Positions 1 through 8,411 of a stretch of DNA of 64,000 nt are shown one piece after another; the first letter of the stretch is position 1; each line of letters starts with the position of its first letter. The notes below the pieces were generated by a model. It was not told the DNA's origin, searched no databases, and saw only the letters and a list, made by a program, of their open reading frames with translations. The position numbers and the translations under genes were made by a program. The stretch comes from Bacillus subtilis subsp. subtilis str. 168 (GTDB lineage Bacteria; Bacillota; Bacilli; Bacillales; Bacillaceae): NCBI RefSeq assembly GCF_000009045.1, contig NC_000964.3, positions 744,001 to 808,000 on the forward strand. The letters are read 5' to 3'.

Positions 1-738
1 GGTTATCGTGGCTCACTTACAGAAATAGTACAAATAATTGGGCGCTGTACACGTGATAGTTACAATAAAACCTATGCTCAATTTACCAACCTAATCGCAA
101 TGCCTGATGCAAAGGATGAAGTAGTGACTTATACAGTGAATACAATGCTTAAAGCTATTTCTGCCTCACTTTTGATGGAGCAGGTCCTTACACCTGACTT
201 TAAATTTAAACGTAGAAGAAATGAAAGTGAAAAATCTTCTACTACAGGAGAATTATTCGTTAAGGGATTGAAAGAACCATCAACAGAAAATGTCAAAAAG
301 ATTATTGAAAATGATATTAATGATTTAAAAGCAAAAATCATGCAAGATTCACAAGTCCAAAAAACATTTAGTGGAGAAGTAGATCCCAAAGTATTGAACA
401 AAGTGTTGATTCCGAAAGTTATTCAAAAAGTATATCCAAATTTATCAGATGAGGAAATTGAGGAAGTTAGACAGCACGTTGTTCTAGATACAGTTATGAA
501 AGGTGCTAAGTCTGAAGTTGTAGGAAGTAAAGAATTTATAAGAATGGCAGATAAGTTTATAAACATTGAGGATTTAGATATCAATCTGATTGATTCCATC
601 AATCCGTTCCAAAAAGCATTTGAGGTTCTATCGAAAGAATTGAACTCACCAGTGCTAAAACTGATTCAGGAAACTATTGATGCAAAACGTATTAATTTTG
701 ATGAAGATGAACTAGTATTCATATGGCCAAAGGTTTAG
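1..738 (+). CDS. yeeB: 3' part of SF2 helicase-like protein YeeB (starts upstream of window); ends at a probably premature TAG
   Basis: Frame is open from base 1 (GYRGSLTEIVQIIGRCTRD, a helicase motif VI-like QxxGRxxR) through the ORF-track protein to TAG 736-738; the same frame stays open to TAA 859-861. Confidence 0.85.
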   Translation, partial: GYRGSLTEIVQIIGRCTRDSYNKTYAQFTNLIAMPDAKDEVVTYTVNTMLKAISASLLMEQVLTPDFKFKRRRNESEKSSTTGELFVKGLKEPSTENVKKIIENDINDLKAKIMQDSQVQKTFSGEVDPKVLNKVLIPKVIQKVYPNLSDEEIEEVRQHVVLDTVMKGAKSEVVGSKEFIRMADKFINIEDLDINLIDSINPFQKAFEVLSKELNSPVLKLIQETIDAKRINFDEDELVFIWPKV

Positions 739-850
739 GAATTTTATCGTTCAACTGGTAGAAGACCTGATTCAAAATCTGAAGACCCACTTGAAAGGCG
801 TATGGGTGAAGCTGTATTATACATGCAAGAGCTTAGGAGGAAACGTGAAA

Positions 851-1999
851 ATGGCAAGTAATAGATACCATTCTATTAATGAAATCATGGAAAGTCAGCT
901 GTTTTACCAAATCACAACACCACCTAAGAAAACACAAAAAGCCCAGTATGATCCTGAAGTTGAAAAGTTTTTGGAGATTATTGAATTCGTCAAAGAAAAT
1001 GGGCGAGAACCCCAAAAAGTCCCTACTGATTTAACTGAAAGAAGTTTAGCAAGTCGATTAATTGGGATTCGGAAAGATCCTGATCGTATGGAATATTTGA
1101 AAGAGTATGATGAAATTGGATTACTTGAAGTAAGATCGAAGGAACTAACAATTCCTAAAATTTCTTCAATTGATGATATTCTAAAAAGTGGCTTATCTGC
1201 ATTATTAGGTGATAATTTAAATAATGATATAACTAGGTCAATTTTTGATACAAGTTCACTTCAAAAGGTTACGACAATGCCTGAATACGTTGCAAAGCGT
1301 AAAAAAATAAAAGATTTTGGAAAGTTTGAAGAGCTATTCAAGAAGTGCCACAAGGAAATTACAGAGGGTAAACGAAAAATTTTAACTTTCAAAAATGAAC
1401 AAGACATACAGTCAAATAGTTTTTATATATTAAAAGGAGTTCTTCTTTATGTTGAAGATGTGGGAGAACGTAAAAAAGCAAAGGGAAAAACCAATGCTAG
1501 ACTTCGATGTATATTTGAAAATGGAACGGAATCAGATATGTTACTACGTTCCTTATCAGCGGAGTTATATAAACATGGTAGACGTGTGACCGACAATGAA
1601 GATACATTGTTGGATAATGTTAGAGAAGATGATGTTTCGACTGGCTTTATTTACGTACTAAAATCTTTGAGTACAGATCCGCAAATTAGTTCCATTAAGA
1701 ATTTATATAAGATCGGTTTTACAACTGGTTCAGTAGAAAATAGAATCAGGAATGCAGAAAATCAATCAACTTATCTTTATGCTCCAGTAGAAATTGTAAC
1801 CACATATCAAGTGTTCAATATGAATGCTAGCAAATTTGAGACGGCAATCCATCATGCGCTAGCAAATAATAATTTGGATGTTTCTATTTTGGGGGCAAAT
1901 GGAAAGATGTTAGTTCCTAAAGAGTGGTTCGTTGTCACACTTGAAGATTTACAAGCTGTAATAGATGAGATTGTGATGATGGTTCATCTTTATGACTAA
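851..1999 (+). CDS. yeeC: GIY-YIG / T5orf172 (MUG113)-type nuclease domain protein
   Basis: ATG 851 preceded by AGGAGG; C-terminal GFIYVLKS...LYKIGFT...FETAIH...KEWF is typical of the T5orf172 family. The ORF-track start at 791 lacks an SD. Confidence 0.85.
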   Translation: MASNRYHSINEIMESQLFYQITTPPKKTQKAQYDPEVEKFLEIIEFVKENGREPQKVPTDLTERSLASRLIGIRKDPDRMEYLKEYDEIGLLEVRSKELTIPKISSIDDILKSGLSALLGDNLNNDITRSIFDTSSLQKVTTMPEYVAKRKKIKDFGKFEELFKKCHKEITEGKRKILTFKNEQDIQSNSFYILKGVLLYVEDVGERKKAKGKTNARLRCIFENGTESDMLLRSLSAELYKHGRRVTDNEDTLLDNVREDDVSTGFIYVLKSLSTDPQISSIKNLYKIGFTTGSVENRIRNAENQSTYLYAPVEIVTTYQVFNMNASKFETAIHHALANNNLDVSILGANGKMLVPKEWFVVTLEDLQAVIDEIVMMVHLYD

Positions 2000-2260
2000 A
2001 TTAGTATATTAGGATTTTAGTATTAATAATAATTTTATAGTAGACTATGAAAAAATTTGATGCCATAACAATAACTTGTTCCGCTTTGGAGTTTGTCACA
2101 ATTGTAGAATTATGTGTTGCGAGTATTAATAGGAAGGGGTTGAGCGACCGCAAAAAAAATTTTCGGTGCTGTCCGCAAAAGGGAGTTTGGGTGTTTTGCG
2201 TTATATTTGGTTGTGTGAAGGTTAGCGGAAACTCAATTCGTGAAGTTAGGATTGCGGTTA

Positions 2261-2566
2261 TTACGACTGAGTAGTTTCGTCATACTCTTTTAGCAGTTTT
2301 TCTGTCTTATGCATTTCTTTGAGCATCGGATTCATGTAGTCGTTAGCTGATTCTAGATATGCTCTCGTCAGAGTGTCTAGTTTATTTCTAACTTTAGAGA
2401 GGTCTTCTTCGAATTTTCCATCCGATGATTGAAGGATAAATTCTTTTGCCTCTTCATATCTTTTTAATATGTTTTTCACCATTGGAGTTGGATTCTTTTG
2501 ATTTATTGTTTTTATTACAGTGATTGTTAAATTTATTTGTTTTATTAATTCTTTTCTTACTGTCAA
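2261..2566 (-). CDS. yeeD: Small helical protein, putative orphan immunity protein
   Basis: TTG start with AAAGGAG SD; 101 aa, amphipathic helical pattern; lies downstream of a toxin-immunity pair. Function inferred from context. Confidence 0.7.
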   Translation of the reverse strand: MTVRKELIKQINLTITVIKTINQKNPTPMVKNILKRYEEAKEFILQSSDGKFEEDLSKVRNKLDTLTRAYLESANDYMNPMLKEMHKTEKLLKEYDETTQS

Positions 2567-2632
2567 GGTGATGCTCCTTTTAAATCTCTATTCTATTTGA
2601 GAGTTGCTATATCTGTTTAATGGTTTGATAGA

Positions 2633-2839
2633 CTACTCATCTTTATAATTTAGAGCAATTTTTACAACTTGTTCCGCTGTGTAATCTTCATTGCTCCAGA
2701 AAATTAAATCACTTGGTGCCGGATAAGGAACATTTTTCTCTAATAAATCGAGATATTCACTGACTTTCTCATCATCTAATGTTGGGTTCATTAATTCCTT
2801 TACAAGAAAGATCAACTCTTCTTTTGTCAGTTTATCCAT
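2633..2839 (-). CDS. yezA: Colicin/pyocin DNase-immunity-like small acidic protein (68 aa)
   Basis: ATG 2839 with GGAGGG SD; ELIFLVKELMN..DDEKVSEYLDLLEKNVPYPAPSDLIFW resembles Im7/Im9-type immunity proteins (HPxGSDLIYY motif). Confidence 0.75.
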   Translation of the reverse strand: MDKLTKEELIFLVKELMNPTLDDEKVSEYLDLLEKNVPYPAPSDLIFWSNEDYTAEQVVKIALNYKDE

Positions 2840-3038
2840 TGTTTGCCCTCCAATAGATTGTATCTCCATTGATTTTACAAATGACTTTATTTCTTCTGAT
2901 AATGTTATAGGTTGTTTGCATAATGATAGATAATTGTCTTGAGAAAAGTTAGTCTCATTATAGAGTTTATTAATTGTATTTATAACAATATATTCATATG
3001 GAAAACCTCTAAAATATCTTTATTTTAGATTGGTTTAT

Positions 3039-3076
3039 AAAAAATAGCTCAGCAGAGTAGGGCTGAGCCATTTTTT
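3039..3076 (-). terminator. Intrinsic terminator after yeeF-yezG
   Basis: GCTCAGC-N8-GCTGAGC stem with A/T runs on both sides, immediately after the yezG stop. Confidence 0.75.
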
Positions 3077-3078
3077 AA

Positions 3079-3549
3079 TTATAGACCGAGGTAACTAATT
3101 ACAAATTCTTTATCATCCTCATCTTCAGGCAAAATACCAAGGTTTTTATATTCCCATATTGCGATTCTTTCATATCCATCTAATTCTGAGGCTAAAATAT
3201 CATCATAATTATAATCTAATTGGAATTCTCCGCTACGATCCAATGTTAGTGTAAGGTTAGTCCAAACATCATCGTTATTATTTCTGTGTTCAGTTCTTAA
3301 TTCTTCAAAAAGTTCTCTTAGTTCTCTTAACAACGTCTTGAAAATATCCTTGCTTACGTTGTAATGGCTAGGTATATCTTGTGAATAAATAATTTGATTA
3401 TTTTCTGGTGTTCTGAAATGAAAAAGAACCATTGTGGAATCATCTAATACTTCTGCATAAAGATATATCTTTGTCCATTCACCAGGTATGATGTCATTGA
3501 GTTTTTCTCCAATAAGTTGATACAAATCTTGCATCTTCCTAGTTTCCAT
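3079..3549 (-). CDS. yezG: DUF600/EsaG-like antitoxin of YeeF
   Basis: YQLIGEKLNDIIPGEWTKIYLYAEV...WTNLTLTLDRSGEFQLDYNYDD family pattern; directly follows the toxin stop. Alternative start at 3534. Confidence 0.9.
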   Translation of the reverse strand: METRKMQDLYQLIGEKLNDIIPGEWTKIYLYAEVLDDSTMVLFHFRTPENNQIIYSQDIPSHYNVSKDIFKTLLRELRELFEELRTEHRNNNDDVWTNLTLTLDRSGEFQLDYNYDDILASELDGYERIAIWEYKNLGILPEDEDDKEFVISYLGL

Positions 3550-3553
3550 TCTT

Positions 3554-5563
3554 CTAACCCCCAGGCTGATTTTTAATAGAGACGCTTATTTCTTTTCTGC
3601 TCCCAATTTTGTAGGTTACATCGAAATATGATGGTCTAAGTGAATCCCCAGAATAGACTGGTTCTATTTGAACTGCTACTTTTTTAGGTGGTTTTTTGCT
3701 TAGGGCTTTTGCCCACTCCTGCTCCATCTCATACCATTTCCCACCGCTCCTATTAATCTGAGAATTCATCGGCACGATATTGTCAAACTGGCCTGAGCCT
3801 TTGAATTGGGTGGCGATTAAATGGCCGCCGTCATCGTCAGGCTTTCGGTCCTGGGGCTTTCCAGCATTCGTTTGTGCATATTGGTTTCGTTTCGCTTCTC
3901 CCAGCTGCAAGTCTGCTTTGACACTTGTAATTCTACCATAGTTGTCAGTCGTGTACGTGTAGCCTTCTTTTGTTTTGTAGATGATATTAGGCTTCAGCAC
4001 TTTCTTTCTGCTCCATCTTGCGAAATGCTCGCCGTATTTGACGGTTACCGGCGGTACATGTGGCGCTGGAGTTCGTCTTCCGCTTGATGACGTTCCGTAT
4101 GGTTTCGGCAGGATGACCTTGGCGAATTTTTGCAGTCCTTCTTTAAGCGTGACCCCGTTGACTGCGTTGTAAGGAACGCCTGCCGGCACTAAATCATGAC
4201 GGGGATGATACGGGAGAATATCCGCAAGTGTGAGATCTCCGATTTGATTTAACTTGGTTTTGACGTGTTTTTTTGATACTTCAATGCCTGTGTTTACTTT
4301 TTGTTTGATGTGATCAACGGTTTGTTTTGAGACTGTTATGGCTTTTTGGGCTGTTGCTGATTTGCTTGCTGCTGTTTTGACTTTGGTCGTCACTTTGGCG
4401 GCTGTGCCAGTTTTTGAGACGGCTCCTACGCCTTTTGTGCCGACAATTGATGTGACAACAGTGCCAACCGCATATGACACCCATCTTGCTCTTGAGTAGG
4501 TGTCACCATTCACCATGTCTTTTTGATACGATTCTTCGATTGCCGCTGAAATGGCTTCATACGTTTTGATCGGGTGAGCCATCGCTCCGGTAATCGCTTC
4601 AACGGTTCCTCCCGGATCTGTGACCATATCCCACAGGCCTACGACCGCGTCTTTCCCGGAATCATAAAGGCCGACGGCAACCCCTTTGAAGCCTGCTTCA
4701 AGCTCACGCGTGTTTTCAATTTGGGTGAAGTATCTCTGTTGTTCAGCTGTCAGATTTTCATAGCCGATCGTTTTTGCCATTTCGTAGAATTCATCGGCAT
4801 CTGCATAATCGTAGTTTTTCAGTCTTTCTTTCAGTTTCTCAATCTCGCGTTCCTTCGCTTCCTCTTTCTTAATCTTCAAGTAAGCCTCAGTCCGCTTTTC
4901 AATGTCGCCTTTTTTCTTATGTATGTCACTCTCACGGTACGCCTTGGCGTTGTAGTGGATGGGTGTGGCGTTTTTGCCTTTACCCGTTGCTTCTTGGAGC
5001 TTTTGGAAGTCGGATTTGATGAATTGTTCGTTTGGTTCAGACAGGGCGTATTCTGTTTTCAGGTCTTCGTCCAAGGCGTCCAATTTTTCCAGTGTTTTTT
5101 TGCGTTTGTCGTTGGCATCGGCCAGCTCGTCTTTGAAGGTTTCTGTTGAAAACAGGTCGAGCGGGAGGATGTCGTCGATATCGTTTAGGATGTCTTTCAT
5201 CGCTTTTTTCTGTTCGGACATGATGGATTTAGATTTTTTATTGGCATTTGCCAGTTCGTGCTCCAGGAAGGATTCTTCGATGTATGCGTCTGAGAGGCCT
5301 TTGTCTTCGGCGGCTCCGGCGATGCTGTTGAAAAATGCGATTTTCATGTCGATGTAGTCGATCCACTGGTCGGCGACGCCGACGTGGTCGTGATAGAATG
5401 CCTTGATGTTGCTGGCGCCTTTTCCTGAGAATTCACTGTCACTGAGATCAGCGACTCCTTTTAACGCTTTTCTCAAGTTGACCATTTGCGTTCTTAGTTC
5501 TTTGTACTCTTTTGCACGGTCTGTCGCTTCCGAAAGCAGTGTTTTCGCTTCAAATACTTTCAT
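3554..5563 (-). CDS. yeeF: LXG-domain polymorphic toxin (type VII secretion substrate) with C-terminal DNase
   Basis: N-terminal LXG ([13 protein letters not shown]), pre-toxin region, C-terminal [28 protein letters not shown] nuclease motif; ATG 5563 fits the AAGGGA SD spacing. Confidence 0.92.
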   Translation of the reverse strand: MKVFEAKTLLSEATDRAKEYKELRTQMVNLRKALKGVADLSDSEFSGKGASNIKAFYHDHVGVADQWIDYIDMKIAFFNSIAGAAEDKGLSDAYIEESFLEHELANANKKSKSIMSEQKKAMKDILNDIDDILPLDLFSTETFKDELADANDKRKKTLEKLDALDEDLKTEYALSEPNEQFIKSDFQKLQEATGKGKNATPIHYNAKAYRESDIHKKKGDIEKRTEAYLKIKKEEAKEREIEKLKERLKNYDYADADEFYEMAKTIGYENLTAEQQRYFTQIENTRELEAGFKGVAVGLYDSGKDAVVGLWDMVTDPGGTVEAITGAMAHPIKTYEAISAAIEESYQKDMVNGDTYSRARWVSYAVGTVVTSIVGTKGVGAVSKTGTAAKVTTKVKTAASKSATAQKAITVSKQTVDHIKQKVNTGIEVSKKHVKTKLNQIGDLTLADILPYHPRHDLVPAGVPYNAVNGVTLKEGLQKFAKVILPKPYGTSSSGRRTPAPHVPPVTVKYGEHFARWSRKKVLKPNIIYKTKEGYTYTTDNYGRITSVKADLQLGEAKRNQYAQTNAGKPQDRKPDDDGGHLIATQFKGSGQFDNIVPMNSQINRSGGKWYEMEQEWAKALSKKPPKKVAVQIEPVYSGDSLRPSYFDVTYKIGSRKEISVSIKNQPGG

Positions 5564-5774
5564 GACCATTTCCCTTCTTTTGTTCGCTCAATATCAAAAT
5601 TTTACCACGGGTCGGGATAAGGTGGGGGTGAGAACGTGTTTTGGTGGAAAAATGAGTCATTTGGCATGTGTCTTTATTCGTGGAGGGATTGGAGGAAACA
5701 TGGTCGAAATGATATTGATTGCTACACATTTTTTGGAAGTTTGTATTCTATATTGTTTTTTAAGGAGCATGTTG

Positions 5775-6797
5775 ATGACGAAAAAACGGATTACATTTGG
5801 TTTATTAGTTTTAATGGTATGTGTCATCCTGTTTGTTCTGTATGTTCAGTTACGCAATAAAGATAGTATTCCTGTCCAATCTTCCGCCATTCACCCCGAA
5901 GAAGACCGCATCTTTTTTATTTACTCCAATCCTTTCATAAAAGAAAGCGTGCTGCTTTCAACCTCTACAGGCGAACGGTTTAACAGGCGTACGTTTAAGG
6001 TGGCGGATGTGCCTTATATTCAAACGAAATCTTATGCATCAACAGACCTTGTATTATTGGCGGAACACGAGCCTTTTTACTACACGCTGGAGAAGGATGT
6101 GATCAAAGAGCATCCGCTGTCAGATCCATTTGCGTTTTGGTATGAGGGGAAGGATGTCACTATTGAGGCCTATAATGTTGATACGACGGGAAATGAGATC
6201 CACATAAACGACAGAAAAACGAAAAAGGAATATACCCTTACCTTGCCTCCGCTTGTCACAATGGGGGCCAGTGATGAGAACTTTATTTATATCATTCAAA
6301 GCATGTCTATTTACGTGATTGACAGAAAAACAGAGGAAATGATTGAGACCCTGAGCTTAGCCTCATACGCTGATCAATTCGCAGACTCGGAGGAATTTAT
6401 CGTCGCGAGCTCGGATCATAAATTGACTGTGATTGAAAAAGGGACATGGAAGACGACATATATTGCGTATCCTGAAGATCTTGAATATGCAGATACTGTG
6501 TACTATGACAAAGAAAGCGGCAGTTTTTACGTGGCGTACGAGGACAAAGAGGGTGGAGCGAACTTGCTGGAATATGGGGAGGATTTTTCTATTCACACAT
6601 ACAGCTTGAAATTCCCTTATATGGAGGCGAAGTTTAAGGGGAATCTATTGTATATAGTTGCCCAGGAAGAGCATAAAAAGGGCATCGGCGGATACGTGGG
6701 TGTGTTTGATATCCATTCTAAGGAGATGCTTTATCAGTTTGATTTGCCTGAGGAACAGGTGAAGGTTCAGGATTTTGTTGTGGTTGACAATAAGTGA
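5775..6797 (+). CDS. yeeG: Membrane-anchored extracellular protein, beta-rich, unknown function
   Basis: ATG 5775 with AAGGAG SD; KKR followed by one hydrophobic TM segment, then a soluble domain. The ORF-track start at 5403 overlaps yeeF antisense. Confidence 0.8.
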   Translation: MTKKRITFGLLVLMVCVILFVLYVQLRNKDSIPVQSSAIHPEEDRIFFIYSNPFIKESVLLSTSTGERFNRRTFKVADVPYIQTKSYASTDLVLLAEHEPFYYTLEKDVIKEHPLSDPFAFWYEGKDVTIEAYNVDTTGNEIHINDRKTKKEYTLTLPPLVTMGASDENFIYIIQSMSIYVIDRKTEEMIETLSLASYADQFADSEEFIVASSDHKLTVIEKGTWKTTYIAYPEDLEYADTVYYDKESGSFYVAYEDKEGGANLLEYGEDFSIHTYSLKFPYMEAKFKGNLLYIVAQEEHKKGIGGYVGVFDIHSKEMLYQFDLPEEQVKVQDFVVVDNK

Positions 6798-6820
6798 ATA
6801 CTATATGAAATAGAATGACA

Positions 6821-6848
6821 AAGACCCTTGCATAAAGGGTTCTTTTTT
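6821..6848 (+). terminator. Intrinsic terminator after yeeG
   Basis: AGACCCTT/AAGGGTTCT stem followed by a T-run. Confidence 0.7.
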
Positions 6849-6897
6849 ATGAAAAAAACAAATTGACAGGATGAAAAAACAATTTCTTCCTTCTATA

Positions 6898-6926
6898 TTG
6901 TTTTCAAAATTTGGGATTGATAGAAT
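6898..6926 (+). promoter_or_regulatory. SigA-type promoter of rapH
   Basis: TTGTTT-17-TAGAAT with a TG extended -10. Confidence 0.5.
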
Positions 6927-6958
6927 ATGACATATCTCATAGAGAAGGAGGGAAGCCG

Positions 6959-8089
6959 TTGAGTCAAGCCATACCGTCTTCGCGTGTTGGTGTTAAGATT
7001 AATGAATGGTATAAAATGATTCGCCAGTTCAGTGTTCCGGATGCTGAGATTCTGAAAGCGGAGGTTGAGCAGGACATTCAGCAGATGGAAGAAGATCAGG
7101 ATTTACTGATCTATTATTCTCTGATGTGTTTTCGGCACCAGCTGATGCTTGATTATTTGGAGCCGGGAAAAACATACGGGAATCGCCCTACAGTGACAGA
7201 GCTTCTTGAAACGATCGAGACCCCTCAGAAAAAACTCACAGGTCTTTTGAAATACTACTCTTTGTTTTTCCGCGGCATGTATGAATTTGACCAAAAAGAA
7301 TATGTGGAAGCGATCGGATATTATCGCGAGGCGGAGAAAGAACTGCCGTTTGTGTCAGATGATATTGAGAAAGCGGAATTCCATTTTAAAGTGGCAGAAG
7401 CGTATTATCACATGAAGCAAACCCATGTGTCGATGTATCATATTCTTCAAGCCTTGGACATTTATCAAAACCATCCTCTATACAGCATTAGAACGATACA
7501 AAGCTTGTTTGTGATCGCCGGCAACTATGATGATTTCAAACATTATGATAAAGCGCTCCCGCATTTAGAGGCGGCGCTGGAATTGGCAATGGACATTCAA
7601 AATGACAGGTTTATCGCCATTTCTCTATTGAACATTGCAAACAGCTATGACAGATCAGGAGACGATCAGATGGCTGTAGAACATTTCCAAAAAGCGGCGA
7701 AAGTAAGCAGAGAGAAAGTGCCTGATCTGCTTCCGAAAGTCTTGTTTGGATTAAGCTGGACATTATGTAAAGCGGGCCAAACACAGAAGGCGTTTCAGTT
7801 CATAGAGGAAGGATTAGACCATATCACAGCACGTTCTCACAAATTTTATAAAGAATTGTTTCTGTTCTTGCAGGCCGTGTACAAGGAGACTGTTGATGAA
7901 CGAAAAATTCATGATCTTTTAAGCTATTTCGAAAAAAAGAACCTGCACGCTTACATTGAAGCATGTGCCCGGAGTGCTGCCGCTGTTTTTGAAAGCAGCT
8001 GTCACTTTGAACAAGCAGCTGCGTTTTATCGGAAAGTGCTGAAAGCCCAAGAAGATATTCTAAAAGGAGAGTGTTTATATGCCTATTAA
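6959..8089 (+). CDS. rapH: Response regulator aspartate phosphatase RapH (TPR)
   Basis: TTG start after AAGGAGGG; Rap N-terminus (VGVKINEWYKMIRQF, LLIYYSLMCFRHQLMLDY) followed by TPR repeats. Confidence 0.95.
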   Translation: MSQAIPSSRVGVKINEWYKMIRQFSVPDAEILKAEVEQDIQQMEEDQDLLIYYSLMCFRHQLMLDYLEPGKTYGNRPTVTELLETIETPQKKLTGLLKYYSLFFRGMYEFDQKEYVEAIGYYREAEKELPFVSDDIEKAEFHFKVAEAYYHMKQTHVSMYHILQALDIYQNHPLYSIRTIQSLFVIAGNYDDFKHYDKALPHLEAALELAMDIQNDRFIAISLLNIANSYDRSGDDQMAVEHFQKAAKVSREKVPDLLPKVLFGLSWTLCKAGQTQKAFQFIEEGLDHITARSHKFYKELFLFLQAVYKETVDERKIHDLLSYFEKKNLHAYIEACARSAAAVFESSCHFEQAAAFYRKVLKAQEDILKGECLYAY

Positions 8090-8252
8090 GAAAAAAGTGA
8101 TGATGTGTCTGGCTGTTACTCTAGTTTTCGGAAGCATGTCGTTTCCAACCCTGACAAACTCCGGTGGATTTAAGGAATCGACAGATCGAAATACGACGTA
8201 TATCGATCATTCCCCTTACAAACTTAGTGATCAGAAGAAAGCCCTTAGCTAG
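8079..8252 (+). CDS. phrH: Phr signalling peptide precursor PhrH (57 aa; not in ORF track)
   Basis: Translated by hand: MPIKKKVMMCLAVTLVFGSMSFPTLTNSGGFKESTDRNTTYIDHSPYKLSDQKKALS; signal peptide, overlaps the rapH stop, contains TDRNTT. Confidence 0.9.
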   Translation: MPIKKKVMMCLAVTLVFGSMSFPTLTNSGGFKESTDRNTTYIDHSPYKLSDQKKALS

Positions 8253-8263
8253 GGCTTTTTCTT
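8235..8263 (+). terminator. Intrinsic terminator of rapH-phrH
   Basis: AAAGCCCT-tagct-AGGGCTTT stem with T-run, overlapping the phrH stop. Confidence 0.75.
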
Positions 8264-8411
8264 GCTTTACGGAAGACGTTCCATTTTCCACATCGCGGCA
8301 TTCCTTCTATTTCTAACGCAAGACACTCGAAACAACCAAACCATTTGAGGTATAATGGATAAAGTGAATAACAGTATTTAGATTGATATATATGAAAGAG
8401 AGTGGAACATC

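Noticed and set aside
791-850. Longer N-terminus of yeeC in the ORF track
   Set aside because: No SD; this stretch is better explained as the yeeB tail in another frame. AGGAGG precedes ATG 851.
2047-2274. 75-aa plus-strand ORF between yeeC and yeeD
   Set aside because: No SD, no recognisable motif, and it overlaps the yeeD end; treated as chance.
5403-5774. 124-aa N-terminal extension of yeeG
   Set aside because: Antisense to the yeeF start; a proper SD lies before ATG 5775.
1-8260. Prophage/ICE call for the AT-rich island plus rapH-phrH
   Set aside because: No integrase, transposase, conjugation or phage structural genes, and no att pair visible in the window.
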